Assembly: GCF_036321535.1 (NCBI RefSeq)
Contig: NC_087437.1
Span: 80,354,001 to 80,418,000, forward strand
Reading direction: 5' to 3'
Source of the DNA: Camelus dromedarius
Taxonomy: Eukaryota
Length of the DNA: 64,000 nt
The notes beneath the pieces are model-generated. The model was not told the DNA's origin and searched no databases. It was given only the letters and a program-made list of their open reading frames with translations. Each line of letters starts with the position of its first letter. Position 1 is the first letter of the stretch. Both the position numbers and the translations under genes were made by a program. Below, one piece after another: positions 50,186 through 63,920 of this stretch.

Positions 50186-51829
50186 AATAAGGTTATGGGG
50201 CTTGGGAAGGAAAGATACAAATAAGCAAAATTATGTACTGCTCTGGCTGGTTGAATATGTGACTGTCAACTCTTTAAGGTCAGACTATCACAGTAAGTAG
50301 CACATAGCTGATGATGCATCACTGGGGAGTGTTTAGAGTAAATAAATGAAGGGGAACATTACTAGAAGGAGGAGTGAGAAAGCCCAGCTTGACATTAAAA
50401 GGTGGCTAACTAGATAACATCTTAGCTGACACTGCAAGAAAAACACTTAACTAGTTGATTGAAAAACATATGGGTCCCACCCAACATGCTGTTTTCTTAA
50501 ATCTCATTCTTCTGTCACCTCAGCTGGTGTGGCTTATCATCAGGGACTCATCTTGCCCTTCCGATTTGCTCTGTTACCTCTGCTCTTTGTTCTCTCTGCC
50601 CCTCAGACCCTAACTGGGTCCTTCCCATCAGGCAGTTTTATTAAAGGAGATCATTCACTCAATTAAGTTTGTGTTGATCTAATATTTGTAGTCATTGGAC
50701 CACACCAGCCCCAGATCAACGTCATGGGCCCAAGTTTCACAGAGACGTTTTATTTCAAGCCCCCTCCAAGTTTCTCCTGGGATTTAAACCCTGTCAGATT
50801 CTGTATCTTCCCCGACAGCGATGAATTTCAGCATTTCCTTTGTAGGGATTTGTGCAGAAGAGTCCCTCCCTCGATGTGGCATTTGCCAAATCAAAGGAGG
50901 CCAATAAGGAGGTAACTTCCAGAGAAGAGCTTTGAATTAGGTCTCTGAGGTATGACTTTGTAGAAGAAAATAAGAAATCACTTTCCCCCAGAAGTACACA
51001 TCTTGTTGGGGAGCATGGTCGGGGAGGTGAGTTTTTAATCTCTTGTTCACTACGCCCTATGGTCAACGGATTTCCTTCTAAAGAGCCTGTGATAACATGG
51101 CCCCAACCCAGAGGTTGGGCTCTTTGACAACTAAGTTTTTTGAGAATATGAACAGTAAAGGTTTAGACTGAGAAGAGACCTTAAGACGGCACATCTAATG
51201 CCCTCACTTCCAGTAAGGAAACTTGGCCCAGAGTGGTAAAATGATATAGTCAAAAAACTCAGTTAAAATCAGAACTAGCATGTGAATCCAGACCTAATTA
51301 TACTGCTCCTGGGCTCCGGTGCTGGAATACATAGTAATAAAAGCAGCCTGACACTGTAACATCGTATAAACTGTCCGCACAATGACTCAGTACTAAATAG
51401 CAGGAAAGTTTATTACTTTATTAAAACTGATTCCCTAACTCCAGAGTGTTCAACTGTTTTGGCGATCCGACGTGCCTAGGAGCAAAGTGAAAGAACTGCA
51501 TAAGACGTACATAAAGAAAAATGAAGGCACTTGAAAAGAAACCGAAAAAATGAGAGAAGTTACCACATAACTGGACAGGAGAACACACACTGCATAGATA
51601 TACACTTTCTCCAGTTAAATTAAGTGAAATGGGAGAATCAAATAAATTATGGCATAAGCACTTTGCAAGTATTAGCTCCTGAAAGCCTCGTAACGTCCCT
51701 GTGAGACACAGACAGTGAAGTAACCTGCCCTTGGTTTGTTACTGACAGAGTCATCTAATGAGAGCACCGGGGTCACATCTAGACAATCTCACTCCAGGAC
51801 TTTGATTTTAACTACCCTTTTCGAACAGT

Positions 51830-52835
51830 CAGCATATGAAAACATGTTCAACATCACTAGTATCAGAAAAATAAAAATTCAACGGCTGTTTTAATTTTCA
51901 ACTATCATAGCAGCAAACATTAAGTGCTTTGATGATCATACCTAAGTTTGGTAAAAGCGTGTGGAAACAGATACTGTGTTGTCCCTCCATGGGAGCATGA
52001 TTTGCTTCAGAGAAATTTGGCATTTTCTGTCAAAAACGTAACATGTGCATATCCTTTGAAGCAGGATTTCCAAATTTAGGTATTTTCCTAGGGAGATGTT
52101 CACAAACTGGCACACCAATGTTCAAGGCAGCATTGTTAGGAATACTGAAAATCTGGAAATAAATTATATCTCCATTAATAAACTATGGGGCAGCCAATCT
52201 GTGGAAGACCAATAAGGCATGACAAAGAATGTAGCAAATTTCTAGGTACTGTCATGGGAAGGCAAGTTGCATCTCATATATTGCTGGAGGGAAGTAAACT
52301 GACATGAACTCCATGAAGGGCAATTTGGTAATATCTGTCAAAATTACAAATGTACACATTTGACCCAGAAATGCCACTTCAGGAATTTATCTCATAAATG
52401 TTCTTTTATATGCGTGAAATACCCTATATACAAAGTTATGTATTGCCATGATTTTTAAATAGGGAAATATTGGGAACAAACTAAATCAATAGGTTACGGG
52501 TTAAATAAATTATGAGAGCCCCACATGATGCAATACCATGTGACACTATCACTAAGATGAATTATTACAGAACTGTACTACATGCTATACTGCTGCAACC
52601 ATTAAAAGAAAAACAGAAGCCTTTTTATCTGCTCATCTGGAATAATCTCCAAGAAATATTAGGGTTTAAGTAAGGTACAAAAAAATTTGTAAACAGTGGG
52701 TAAAGACTTGTATGAGCAAAGAATCTCTCCAGGTAGTTACACAAGAAAGTGGTAACACTGGTTGCCTCCAGGTAAAACTGCATGACTGAGACACAGAGGG
52801 AAATGAGAGAATTTTCACATTCTCAAATCTTTTAA
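51830..52835 (+). mobile_element. Old L1ME-like 3' fragments
   Basis: gcatatgaaaacatgttcaacatcactagtatcag; gggcaatttggtaatatctgtcaaaattacaaatgtacac; aagtggtaacactggttgcctcc. Confidence 0.65.
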
Positions 52836-53199
52836 ATATATATATATATATATACACACACATAAATATATACTTACTCAAAAAATACAATTTTACAAGC
52901 AAAATAAAGCAAGCTGCCGAGCACAAGAAATGTGAGCTCTATTAATATTTTTAAACTATGTTTCATTATTTTCTTATGTATATACCCCTGTACATATGTG
53001 AATAGAAAAGGAACCAACAATATTTACACAGAGAAAGGGAAAAGGAGAAAGAAAACTTAATTCTTTTCACCCTTTATGATTTGATATTATATAAATTTTA
53101 TGAAGACTATACACAGATACACGTATATATATATATTCTTGTATTCCCGTACAAGTGAAAAAAAAATTCTCTTTCAGAAGAGTGCACAGGAATAATAAA

Positions 53200-53330
53200 T
53201 CCTGACTTGTCATTCCTCCTCCTAGTTAATCTTAGGCAAATCATTTAACCTCTCATGGCCTCAGTTCCCTCATCTATAAAACAGTGAGAGGGTTGGACTT
53301 GGTGATTGATACCTAAGATCACTCCTGCTG
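53200..53330 (+). mobile_element. MIR fragment
   Basis: cttaggcaaatcatttaacctctcatggcctcagttccctcatctataaaacag. Confidence 0.7.
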
Positions 53331-53559
53331 GATAGTCCAAGAATTGAATCTACTAATCCATAATTCAATACAATGGTAAATGAATTACCCAATCATTGAG
53401 ATACTAAGCAAGAGGATGACATGCTACTACTTCAAAGGGTAACAATGTTTAAAAAAAAAAAAAACTCTTGAAAAATTTCTTACGTAAAAGAAAAAAATGC
53501 TGAAGGTAAGATTCTGTGGTAGAGAGGGGTTTTTTTGTTTATTGGGGTTTTTCTTAGAA

Positions 53560-56500
53560 TTGTTTTTAACATTTTTTATTGAGTTATACTCATTTTACAA
53601 TGTTGTGTCAAATTCCAATGTAGAGCACAATTTTTCAGTTATTCATGAACATACATGCATTCATTGTCACATTTTATTTTTTCGCTGTGAGCTACCACAA
53701 GATCTTGTATATATTTCCCTGTGCTATACAGTATAATCTTATCTATTCTACATAGGACTGTCAGTATCTACAAATTTTGAAATCCCAGTCTGTCCCTTCC
53801 CACCCCCCACCCCCCAACCCCTTGGCAACCACGAGTTTGTATTCTATGTCTATGAATCTGTTTCTGTTTTGTATTTATGTTCATTTTTTTTTTTTTTTAG
53901 ATTCCACATATGAGTGATCTCACATATGGTATTTTTCTTTCTCTTTCTGGCTTACTTCACTTAGAATGACATTCTCCAGGAACATCCATGTTGCTGCAAA
54001 TGGCATTAAGTTGCCTTTCTTATGGCTGAATAGTATTCCATTGTATAAATATACATCTTCTTTATCCAGTCACCTGTTGACAGACATTTAGGCTGTTTCC
54101 ATGTCTTGGCTATTGTAAATAGTGCTGCTATGAACATTGGGGTGCAGGTGTCTTTTTGAAATAGGGTTCCTTCTGGATATATGCCCAGGGGCAGGATTCC
54201 TGGGTCATATGGTAAGTCTATTTCTAGTCTTTTGAGGAATCTCCATACTGTTTTCCACAGTGGCTGCACCAAACTGCATTCCCACCAGCAGTGTAGGAGG
54301 GTTCCCTTTTCTCCACAGCCTCTTCAACATTTGTCATTTGTGGACTTTTGAATGATGGCCATTCTGACTGGTGTGAGGTGATACCTCATCGTAGTTTTGA
54401 TCTGCATTTCTCTGATAATTAGTGATATTGAGCATTTTTTCATGTGCCTATTGATCATTTGTATTTCTTCCTTGGAGAATTGCTTGTTTAGGTCTTCTGC
54501 CCACTTTTGGATTGGGTTGTTTTTTTTTTTTTTTTCTTATTAAGTCATATGAGCTGCTTATATATTCTGGAGATCAAGCCTTTGTCGGTTTCATTTGCAA
54601 AAATTTTCTCCCATTCCGTAGGTTATCTTTTTGTTTTAGTTATGGTTTCCTTTGCTGTGTAGAAGCTTGTAAATTTCATTAGGTCCCATTTGTTTATTCT
54701 TGCTTTTATTTCTATTGCTTGGGTAGACTGCCCTAGGAGAATATTTTTGAGATGTATGTCAGATAATGTTTTGCCCATGTTTTCTTCTAGGAGGTTTATT
54801 GTATCTTGTCTTATGTTTAAGCCTTTGATCCATTTTGAGTTGATTTTTGTGTATGGTGTCAGGGAGTGTTCTAGCTTCACTGATTTACATGCTGTTGTCC
54901 AGTTTTCTCAACACCATTCGCTGAAGAGACTGTCTTTATTCCATTGTATATTCTTGCCTCCTTTGTCAAAGATTAGCTGACCATAAGTTTGTGGGTCCAT
55001 TTCTGGGCTCTCTATTCTGTTCCATTGGTCCATATGTCTGTTTTTGTACCAATACCATGCTGTCTTGATGACTATAGCTCTGCAGTATTGTCTGAAGTCT
55101 GGGAGAGTTATTCCTCCAGCCTCTTTCTTTTTCTTCAGTAATGCTTTGGCAATTCTAGGTCTTTTGTGGCTCCATATAAATTTTACTATGATTTGTTCTA
55201 GTTCCGTGAAATATGTCCTGGGTAATTTGATAGGGATTGCATTAAATTTGCAGATTGCCTTGGAGAGTGTGACCATTTTAACAATATTGGTTCTTCCAAT
55301 CCAGAAGCATAGGCTATCTTTCCATTTTTTAAAGTCTTCTTTAATTTCCTTCATCAATGGTTTATAGTTTTTTGTGTATAATTCTTCCACTTCCTTGGTT
55401 AGATTTATTGCTAGGTATTTTATTACTTTGGGTGCTATTTTAAAGAGGATTGTTTCTTTACTTTCTTTTTCTGTTGATTCATCGTTAGTGTAAAGAAATG
55501 CAACTGATTTTTGAACGTTAATCTTGTAACCTGCTACCTTGCTGAATTCTTCGATTAGTTCTAGTAGTTTTTGTGTGGACCTTTTAGGCTTTTCTATATA
55601 TATAGTATGTCATCTGCATATAATGACACTTTTACCTCTTCTTTTCCAATTTGGATCCCTTTTATTTCTCTCTCTTGCCTGATTGCTGTGGCTAGGACTT
55701 CCAAAACTATGTTAAATAAGAGTGGTGATAGTGGGCAGCCTTGTCTTGTCCCAGATTTTAGTGGGAAGGTTTTGAGTTTTTCACCGTTGAATACTATGCT
55801 GGCTGTAGGTTTGTCATATATACTTTTTATTATGTTGAGATGTGTCCCCTCTGTACCAACTTTGGTGAGAGTTTTTGTCATACATGGGATTTTATCAAAT
55901 GCTTTTTCTGCATCTATTGAGATGATTATGTGTTTTTTGTTCTTTCTCTTGTTGATGTGATGTATTACGTTGATTGATTTGTGTATGTTGAACCACCCTT
56001 GTGTCCCTGGGATGAACCCCACTTGATCATGATTTATAATCTTTTTTATGTGCTGTTGGATTCTATTTGCTAATATTGTGGTAAGGATTTTTGCATCTAT
56101 GTTCATCAGTGATATTGGTCTGTAGTTCTCTTTTTTGGTGGTGTCTTTGCCTGGTTTTGGTATCAGGGTGATGGTGGCTTCATAGAATGAGTTCAGGAGT
56201 ATTTCCTCCTTTTCAATCTTCTGGAAGAGTTTGAGAATGACTGGTATGAGTTCTTCTTTGAATGTTTGGTAGAATTCCCCGGTGAAGCCATCTGGTCCTG
56301 GACTTTTATTTGTAGAGAGGTTTTTATTGCTAATTCAATTTCATTTCTAGTGATCAGTTTGTTCAAGTGGTCAGTTTCTTCTTGATTCAGTCTTGGTGGA
56401 CTGTATGTTTCCAGAAACTTGTCCATCTCCTCTAGGTTATCCATTTTGGTTCCACATAGTTTTTCATAATATTCTCGTATGATATTCTGTATTTCTATGT

Positions 56501-56590
56501 TATTGGTTGTAATTTCTCCATTTTCCTTTCTTATTTTGCTTATTTGTGCTCTCTCTTTTTTCTTCTTTGTGAGTTTGGCCAGAGGATTGT
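53560..56590 (-). mobile_element. Young camelid-type L1, 5'-truncated (~3 kb), ORF2 RT region frameshifted
   Basis: ORFs 55594-56106 (MNIDAKIL...HDQVGFIPG...[21 protein letters not shown]...YADD), 54908-55390, 54623-54880, 54006-54272 and 56193-56444 are consecutive ORF2 pieces; closely similar to 8515-9687. Confidence 0.95.
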
Positions 56591-57349
56591 GAGAAAGATT
56601 TTTGGTTTCTTTTTTTTTTTTCCAGAAACCCTTTTCAAAGTCGCTCCATCACAGTTGGTCATAAAGTTGATTTTGGCTAGACCATAATGTGACCACATAA
56701 AACAAAAGCTTCACAGCTCTGAACACATGAATCAAATGATCCCACCAGCTTTTCAGAACGTCACAAAGTATGTCTCCTTTTCTAGCTTCTTCCTCTAGCA
56801 TTCAACTTAATAATTTACTTTTTACTTTCCTTTGTTGACCAAAGCTGTTCATTTTTCTCACTGACATCAGAAATATATATAATTTCAGATCTTTCAACCG
56901 TAGATTTTTTTTTAACTTTGCCCTAGATGAAAACTAATTTAACTCATTCTGTAGGTGTATTGTTATCCAAACATGGAAAGAATGGAGACCAGCATTATTT
57001 GAAAAATAAGCTGAGCAGATCTTTCTTTCTTTCTCTCTCTCTCTTTATTTTTTTTTTAAATACCAAGTAGTTCATGGATCAGAGTTGAAGAAGTAGGAAA
57101 GAGGTAAGAGGTCACATCAAACAGGGGCTCAGAAATCCTTCTGGCTCACAGTCTCAGACATCTTCTTTCTGGCACCACCATAATGGTAGGCTTCAGGAAA
57201 AGTCCTCAAATCAGATAGAAATAATAATAATACAATGAAACTTTGACCCTAAAAGTTGTGTAAGATGTTTGTTTAGGTTCTAGTCCTATAGGCGTTAACT
57301 CTTCTATTTATGCCAAAAATCTGCCTAGAAGGGTTGCAGAAGAAAGAGC

Positions 57350-57930
57350 ATTAGTTCCAATGTAAAAAGTCAAGTTCAGGTGTTCATGTTTTGGGTCTCA
57401 CTCACCAGCCACGTGACCTTGGGGAAGGAGTTTATTCTCTCAGGGCTCAGTTCCTTCATATGAGTTTTATCCTCCAAGACTTATGCTCAGATTCAGGTTT
57501 CTCTGCATTCCTTATAGGGCCTCACACAGGGTTAAGGACTGTGCTGAAATTCAGCAAGTGTTTGCTGATCAGTCGAATCCCATGTGCCCAGCATGTTCTC
57601 ATAGCCAGGACTTCTGTGGAGGTGATTTAAGGATTCAGATGAATTCTGGTTGACATTTCCACTCTTTTCCATCCATGGCATAGGGGGGAGTTAAGAGTTC
57701 AATCCCTGGAGTGAGACACTCCTGAGTTCAAATTCTGGCTCACTATTTTCTAGCTCTCTGACCTTAGGCAAATTATTTCTTAACCTCTCTGAGATTCTGT
57801 TTTCTCAACTATAAAAATATCAGTACCTACTTTATATGGTTAGTGTACAAATTAAATAATATAATGCCTGTAACTTACACAAAGCACAATACATGATAAA
57901 TGCTCAGAAAGCTATTAACAATACTGTTAT
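57350..57930 (+). mobile_element. Two MIR copies (~57350-57570 and ~57680-57930)
   Basis: cacgtgaccttggggaagg...gggctcagttccttcat; gagttcaaattctggctcact...gaccttaggcaaattatttcttaacctctctg. Confidence 0.7.
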
Positions 57931-58224
57931 TGTCCTTCAGTTAACCTTTACAGCAGCATCCATCTGTTCTCTGACTTAGGGACAGTAGCGCTTGCCATTA
58001 GCCTCATCAATAATGGTCTGTTACTTAAACAGTGTCTGAGCCAAGCACTAAACTTTCCTTATGAGCTCTTCTGCATGGAACCTAAGTTCCAACTTGTGCT
58101 TATCTGAACATTATCTCTTGGAAGCATTTGATCTACAATTTTTGTTATGCTAAATTAAGTAGTACCTGAGAAGAATCATGAAATAAAAGCAAGTCAATAA
58201 GCTTTTTATTCCAATTGCTATTTC

Positions 58225-58500
58225 TCTTCAAATCCCAACTTCGATGCCACCTCCTCCATGAAGCCTACCCCCATCTCCTTGCTTCTCATTCTCTGTGCCC
58301 TGAAGTTACTCACTCAGGGCCTTTTATCTGCTCAGCACCCAAGGTAGATTTCTATTATAGCAACTATCATTCTGTGTTGTATTCATGTTGGTTTCCTCTT
58401 CTAGATTGTAAGTGCCTCAAGGTCAGGGGCTAGGTCTTATTCATCTTTTATCCACCAAAGATCACCATGATGCCTGAAACATACTCCAAAAAATGTGAAA
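58225..58500 (+). mobile_element. L2 3' end
   Basis: ttcaaatcccaacttcgatgccacctcctccatgaagcct...ctagattgtaagtgcctcaaggtcagggg. Confidence 0.75.
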
Positions 58501-58749
58501 TAGACTAGAGATAAAATGAGTTGAATTCTGAGGTACTATCTCAGAAATATTTGAAAGCTTATCCCCAAAATGGTTAGAAAAGAGCCCAAGAAAAAGCTAG
58601 AGGAAAGAAACAGAAAGGCCTGCCTGGGGAGTTGCTGCATATATAATACAGCAAAGCGGAAGGTTCTGAGTTCATAAATCAATCCATGCTCTATTTATTT
58701 TAGATTCTACTTCTCTGATCACATAGTTGCTTATGAGAGGTTAAAGCAA

Positions 58750-58880
58750 GATGGAAAGAATCCTAGACTAGGAATTCAGAGACCTGGATTTAGTCCCAGC
58801 TCTGCCCTGAACTCCCTATGTCATTTCTTGTCTCTAAGTCTCTGCTGGACATAATGATTTTTAAGATCCTTTCAGACTCT
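58750..58880 (+). mobile_element. MIR fragment
   Basis: ctagactaggaattcagagacctggatttagtcccagctctgcc. Confidence 0.65.
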
Positions 58881-59520
58881 CTTCACATACAGGCACAACA
58901 TCTGATCCACACTGCCACCACCTGCATTCTACAGCTAGAAAAATTGACACAAATACTACAACAGCTCATTTCAGAGCTCTACAGCAACTGGCTGCCATAG
59001 TTCAGAGTGGAATGTGGAAGGAAAGATTCCCTGTCTGGAGCCCAGCCATGCAGAGGCACCCCACACCTAGAGGCACAAGGGACCTGTGGGGAAAGACAAA
59101 GCTTCTCTATCCTCTGCCAAGAACAGGAAGTTCCCACACCCATGGGAGCCAAATGGATATGTAGTGTTGGCAGTGAGCACAACCTCCTGGGTTCCAAGCA
59201 GACATGCAAGGATGTCTTTACCAGTGTTCGTGCCAGGCACTTGGGGACAGAAATTGCTAAGCTCCACCTATGAAAACAGGAGTCTTGTCTAGGCCATCCT
59301 GTTTGCCATAGTCATTGGGGCATCATCTGAGTCTGACAAATAGATCCAGGACCAAATCCAGAATCAAGAATTTGACTGGCCTTTTGGTTCAGAGATCCAC
59401 ATCCAAATAAAGTACACTGAAATATTGACAAGGAAGTCTAAAAGGGTAGACTGTATGCACACATTTTAGACTAAAATCAATTTAGCCTCTTAGAAGACAA
59501 GGTAGGAATCAAGAATCAGG

Positions 59521-61793
59521 AGGCAGGACCAAGATGCAGAGTAGGAAGACCCTGAGCTCACCTCCTCCGCAGACTTATAGAAAAATTACAATTACTTATA
59601 GAAAAACTCTCTGAAAATGACCTGAAGACTAGCAGAACACCTCAGATAGAGTTTAAAAAAATAGTTGCTAACCTTAGCAGTTGGGTAGGAGGGGCAGAGA
59701 CATGATCAAGTCAGGATCCAAACCCCAGCACAGTGACCCACAAGCAGGAGAGGATACCATAAATATGAAGGTCCTCCCTAAAGAGCAAGGGATTCGAGCC
59801 CCTCATTGGGCACCTTAGCCCTGAGGACCAGCACTGGGAAGATAAGCCCATAGAACTGGCTTTGAAAACCAGTGGAGCTTCAGTCTGGGAGAGCCAGGGG
59901 GAGGTAGGAAACCTAGAATTTGCTTTTGAAGGGCTAATGTGTAAACTCACTTGCTCTGGGTTCCAGCACAGGTAGCAGTTTGAAAAGTGCCTGACACTCT
60001 AGCTGGTCTGTCAGGCCACCAGCCCAGCACACCCCTGACCCACGCTCTCTCTAGTGCCAGCTGTCAAGCCAAGGTAGCAGCCCCAGCATGCCCCGGCAAA
60101 GCCCCAGCCTGTGCCCACCGTAGCGCCAACCATCCCGCCAGGGCTGTGGCTCTGCCATGGCTTGGGAAGCCCTGGCCTGCACCTGCTCCAGCTCTAGCTA
60201 TCCCACCAAGGCACCTCTGTCCAGCCCACCCTGGGACTCTCCCACCCGCTCATGCCTGCTCCAGCTCCAGCTAGCCTGCTAAAGCCACCCAGAACATGCA
60301 GTCTACACAGATAGTGCTCCAACACAGGACAGCATCTTCAAGACCAAAGAGGCAACTGTCTCACTTAATTCATAGAAGCAACCACAGGAAATCAAACAAA
60401 ATGAGGAGACAGACGAATTTGTTCCAAACAAATGAACAGACAAAACCCTAGTAAAAAAGAAAAAAAAAGAAAGAAAGAAAGAAACAGAGATAAGTATTAT
60501 TTACACAATAAAATGAGTTCAGAGCCACAGTCATAAAGATCCACGGAACCTGGAAGAATGGAGGAACATAGTGAGAACTTTAACAGAGAGTTAAGAAATA
60601 TAAAAAAGAACCAATCAGAGCTGAAGAATACAGAAAATGAAATGAAAGATACACTAGAGGGATTCAAGGAGATTATATGATACAGAAGAATGTTTAAGTG
60701 ACCTGGAAGACAGAATGATGGAAATCACCCAATCAGAACAGCAAAAGAAAAAAAAAATTATTTAATGAGGAGACTTTAAGGAACCTATGTGACAACACCA
60801 AGCATACTAACATTTTCATTATAGGGGACCCATAAGGAGAAGGGGGTGCAGAAAAATTACTTGAGGAAATAATGGTTGAGAAAATCCCTAAACTAAGGAA
60901 GGAAACAGATATCCAGGTCCAGGAATCACAGAGAGCCCCAAAAAGATGAACCCAAAGAGGTCCATGCCAAGGCATATCAGAATTAAAATGGAAAAAGTTA
61001 AAGATAAAGAAAAATTAAAGGCAGGAAGAGGAAAACAATGAGTCACACACAAGGGAACTCCCACAAGGCTATCAGCTGAAACTCTGCAGGCCAGAACGGA
61101 GTAGCACAATATATTTACAGTGCTGAAATGAAAAAAACTTACAACCCAGTAAGGCTATCATTCCAAGTTGAAGGAGAGATACAGTTTTCCAAACAAGCAA
61201 AAACTGAAGAGTGCATCACCATTAAACTAGCCTTATGAGGAATGTTAAAGAGTCTTCTTTCAGTGGAAAAGAAAAGGCCATAACTAGAAATGAGAACATA
61301 CGTGAGAGAAAAAATCCCCTGGTAAAGGTGAATATATGGTAAAGGTAGTGGATCAACCACTTAAAAAGTTAATATAAGGATTACAAGACAAAAATCGTAA
61401 AATCAACTTTAACTGCAATAAGCAGTCAAGGGATACAAAAAGATGTAAAACATGACGTCAAAAACAAAATATCTGGGAGGTGGGGAGGGAAAATGTAGCG
61501 CTTTTAGAATGCATTTGAATGAAAATGAATATATGTGTATTCATGTATGACTGGAGAACTGTGCTGTACGCCAGAAATCGACACAACGTTGTAAACTGAC
61601 TATATATCAATAAAAATAAATAAATAGAATACATTTGAACTTAAGTTCAAACATCAGCTTAAGACAAATAACTATATACATAAGTCAATAAATATGAACA
61701 CCATGGTAACCACAAACCAAAAATCTACAATAGGTACCCAAAAAATAAAGAGAAAGAAATTCAAATATGACACTAAAGAAAGCTTAAACCACA
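59521..61793 (+). mobile_element. L1 5'UTR plus disrupted ORF1 plus inter-ORF spacer, 3'-truncated (no ORF2)
   Basis: caagatgcagagtaggaagaccctgagctcacctcctcc start shared with 2120-2180; ORF1 motifs aagaaccaatcagagctgaagaatac and gggaactcccacaaggctatcagctga. Confidence 0.85.
61520..61624 (+). mobile_element. 105-bp L1 3' tail nested in the older L1
   Basis: gtgctgtacgccagaaatcgacacaacgttgtaaactgactata plus A tail; 15-bp TSD with 1 mismatch at 61505-61519 / 61625-61639. Confidence 0.85.
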
Positions 61794-62424
61794 ACCCTAA
61801 GCCAAAGAATCTAACAAAAAAGGAGAAAGCCATCTTAAAGATATCATCTTTCTTTTCTAAAAATTCCTTTAAAATACCGCCCTGAAAGGTTAGAATAAAT
61901 AACTCATAAACCAAGGCTCTGGTCTGGCCTATCTCCAGACAGAGAGGGACACTACTCAGACTTTCCAGGTTGATTAAGGTCTGGCCTATGTTTAAAGATC
62001 ACCCCTAAGACTGAGCAAGCTACCATGGGAAACTCAAGGGCATCAGAGGTCCCTGAATCCAACCCCTGGCACAGTCACTCACTAGCCCTTTGACCTTGAC
62101 CTTGAAGAATCTATTTTCATTTTCCTCATCTGCAAAATGAGCACGACAACAATATATTCTTTGTGGGACTGTTATGAGGACTAGAAAAAAATTTATGAAG
62201 TACCTTGCTTAGCATAAAAAGGGCCCTCAAGCTTATCATTATTACTACTTCTACTATTATTTTTCTCTTCTTAAGTGCTTTTTTTAATCACTCCTGACAC
62301 ATGTTCTGTGAACTGAGCAAAGAATTATATTGGGTTTTATTCCTTGCCCTCAAGGAAATGACATACTATGGGAAGTGTACATATTTTTATATCTAAGATT
62401 GTATGTCCCTATTGTACTAGGAAC

Positions 62425-62886
62425 TTTTGTAGGCTTGACTCTTCCAAGAAACAGGTGCCAAAGTGAAATTAGTCATGCAGGAGATTTCTTGGGAGAAGTG
62501 CCTGTGAAGAATTAAGAGAAGGGGCAGCAGGCGGCAGTGGGGAGAGTCTTCAAACCATGATGTAGGTCTGACACATGAGGGAAAAGAGGGGACAAGAAAG
62601 AAGACAGGGTAATAGGAAGGCCAGACTGAAGGACAGCTTTGAGAAAGTCTAAGTCAGGTGGACTAGGAGTCCCCAGGCAAAGATCATCCATTAGAGGTGT
62701 CCCGTGCTGGGTAGAAATGGCCACATTCCATCACTAGCTGAGAGAAGCACAAGAGGAGGGAGGCTTGGAAGGATGAAACAAGGGCTGATTGAAGGTGCTA
62801 CAGCTGGAGACTGAGGACTGACCACAGGCCTTTCAGGAGGTTCTTGTGAAAGCTGAATTGAGCAGCACACCTCCACGGCCTCCACA
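62425..62886 (-). mobile_element. LTR16A-like ERVL solo LTR
   Basis: Reverse complement starts tgtggaggccgtggaggtgtgctgctca...caagaacctcctg; internal caggagatttcttgggag, gatgtaggtctgacac, ccattagagg motifs. Confidence 0.7.
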
Positions 62887-63644
62887 GAACTCCCAAGGAC
62901 AATAATTATTGGTATCATTACTTGTACTTGGTACATTCTCAAGAACTGTTTGTTGAAAACCGAGTTAAGTGCTGATTTTCAGCCTTCAGCAAGAAGAGCA
63001 ACCCATTTACTCAACCTAGATAGTTTTGATTTCATCATTTCCAAAGAGGGGAAATGTTTTCCACCATGATCACTAAATGACATGGCCCAGAAAATATTCC
63101 CATGGCCAAGAAGATTCCCAACCTGCAAACAAAAAGTGGGGTAGTGTGCTGAGGCCGTGAGCCAACAGCAACAGGAAGAAGTGTCAGGCAAAAGTGACTT
63201 TGACACCTAAATTAAACCCATCGTTGATTTGATTATCCCCTTAATTTCACGTGTCTCACACAGCCACAAGATGAAGCAATCAGGAGAGGGTGTGGCCTCA
63301 AAGCTAGAAATAAGATGGCAGATAAAGTGCTCCTGAAACAGACAAGAGAACAGAGAAAGCTTCAGGAGCCCAGGCTGGTGGGGAGATTTTAATCATGGAT
63401 GTGCACTTGCCTAAAAGCACGCCACAACTGGAAAGCAGGTTACCACAGCATCCACTGGAGTCATGAAAAGGGTAACTCCAGTTTCCAAAGAATCAAATAG
63501 CTAGTGGTGAGGCAAGAAGATGAGTCACAAATCTGAAAGAAAAGTGAGATCTTGATGCTAATAACAACAAATAAAGGAAGGCAGAGAGAGGAACAGTGTT
63601 CTAATTGGGTTCATTTTTCACTTTCACAAAGGTCAGCAATCTAC

Positions 63645-63920
63645 TTCAATTTAAAAATTCTTTATTGAGCACCTGCTATACACAGGAAGTAGCAAGTTTT
63701 CAAGAACATTCACATGTCCAACCACCATGGCTGAGCACCCCTGCCCCACGTGCCAGGTCTGTGCTAGACTTTGGGGAAACAAAGAAAACCATTCCCAATG
63801 GCTGCCCTCATCCTGCCAAAGAGACAGACCCACAAGACAATTAAGATATACATGATACAGTGTGGGTTATGCAATGCCAGAGGAAGGTCTAAATGCTATG
63901 AGAACAGTCAAATGATGGTG
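63645..63920 (-). mobile_element. L2 3' end
   Basis: tttattgagcacctgctat...gtgccaggtctgtgctagac...gctgccctcat...aaatgctatgagaac. Confidence 0.65.

Noticed and set aside
53560..56590. Potentially active reverse transcriptase gene
   Set aside because: 5'-truncated L1 lacking promoter, ORF1 and endonuclease, with ORF2 broken into several frames
63010..63122. Minus-strand exon-like segment (acceptor ctttttgtttgcag; VGNLLGHGNIFWAM...)
   Set aside because: Weak donor, unrecognised peptide, no supported partner exon
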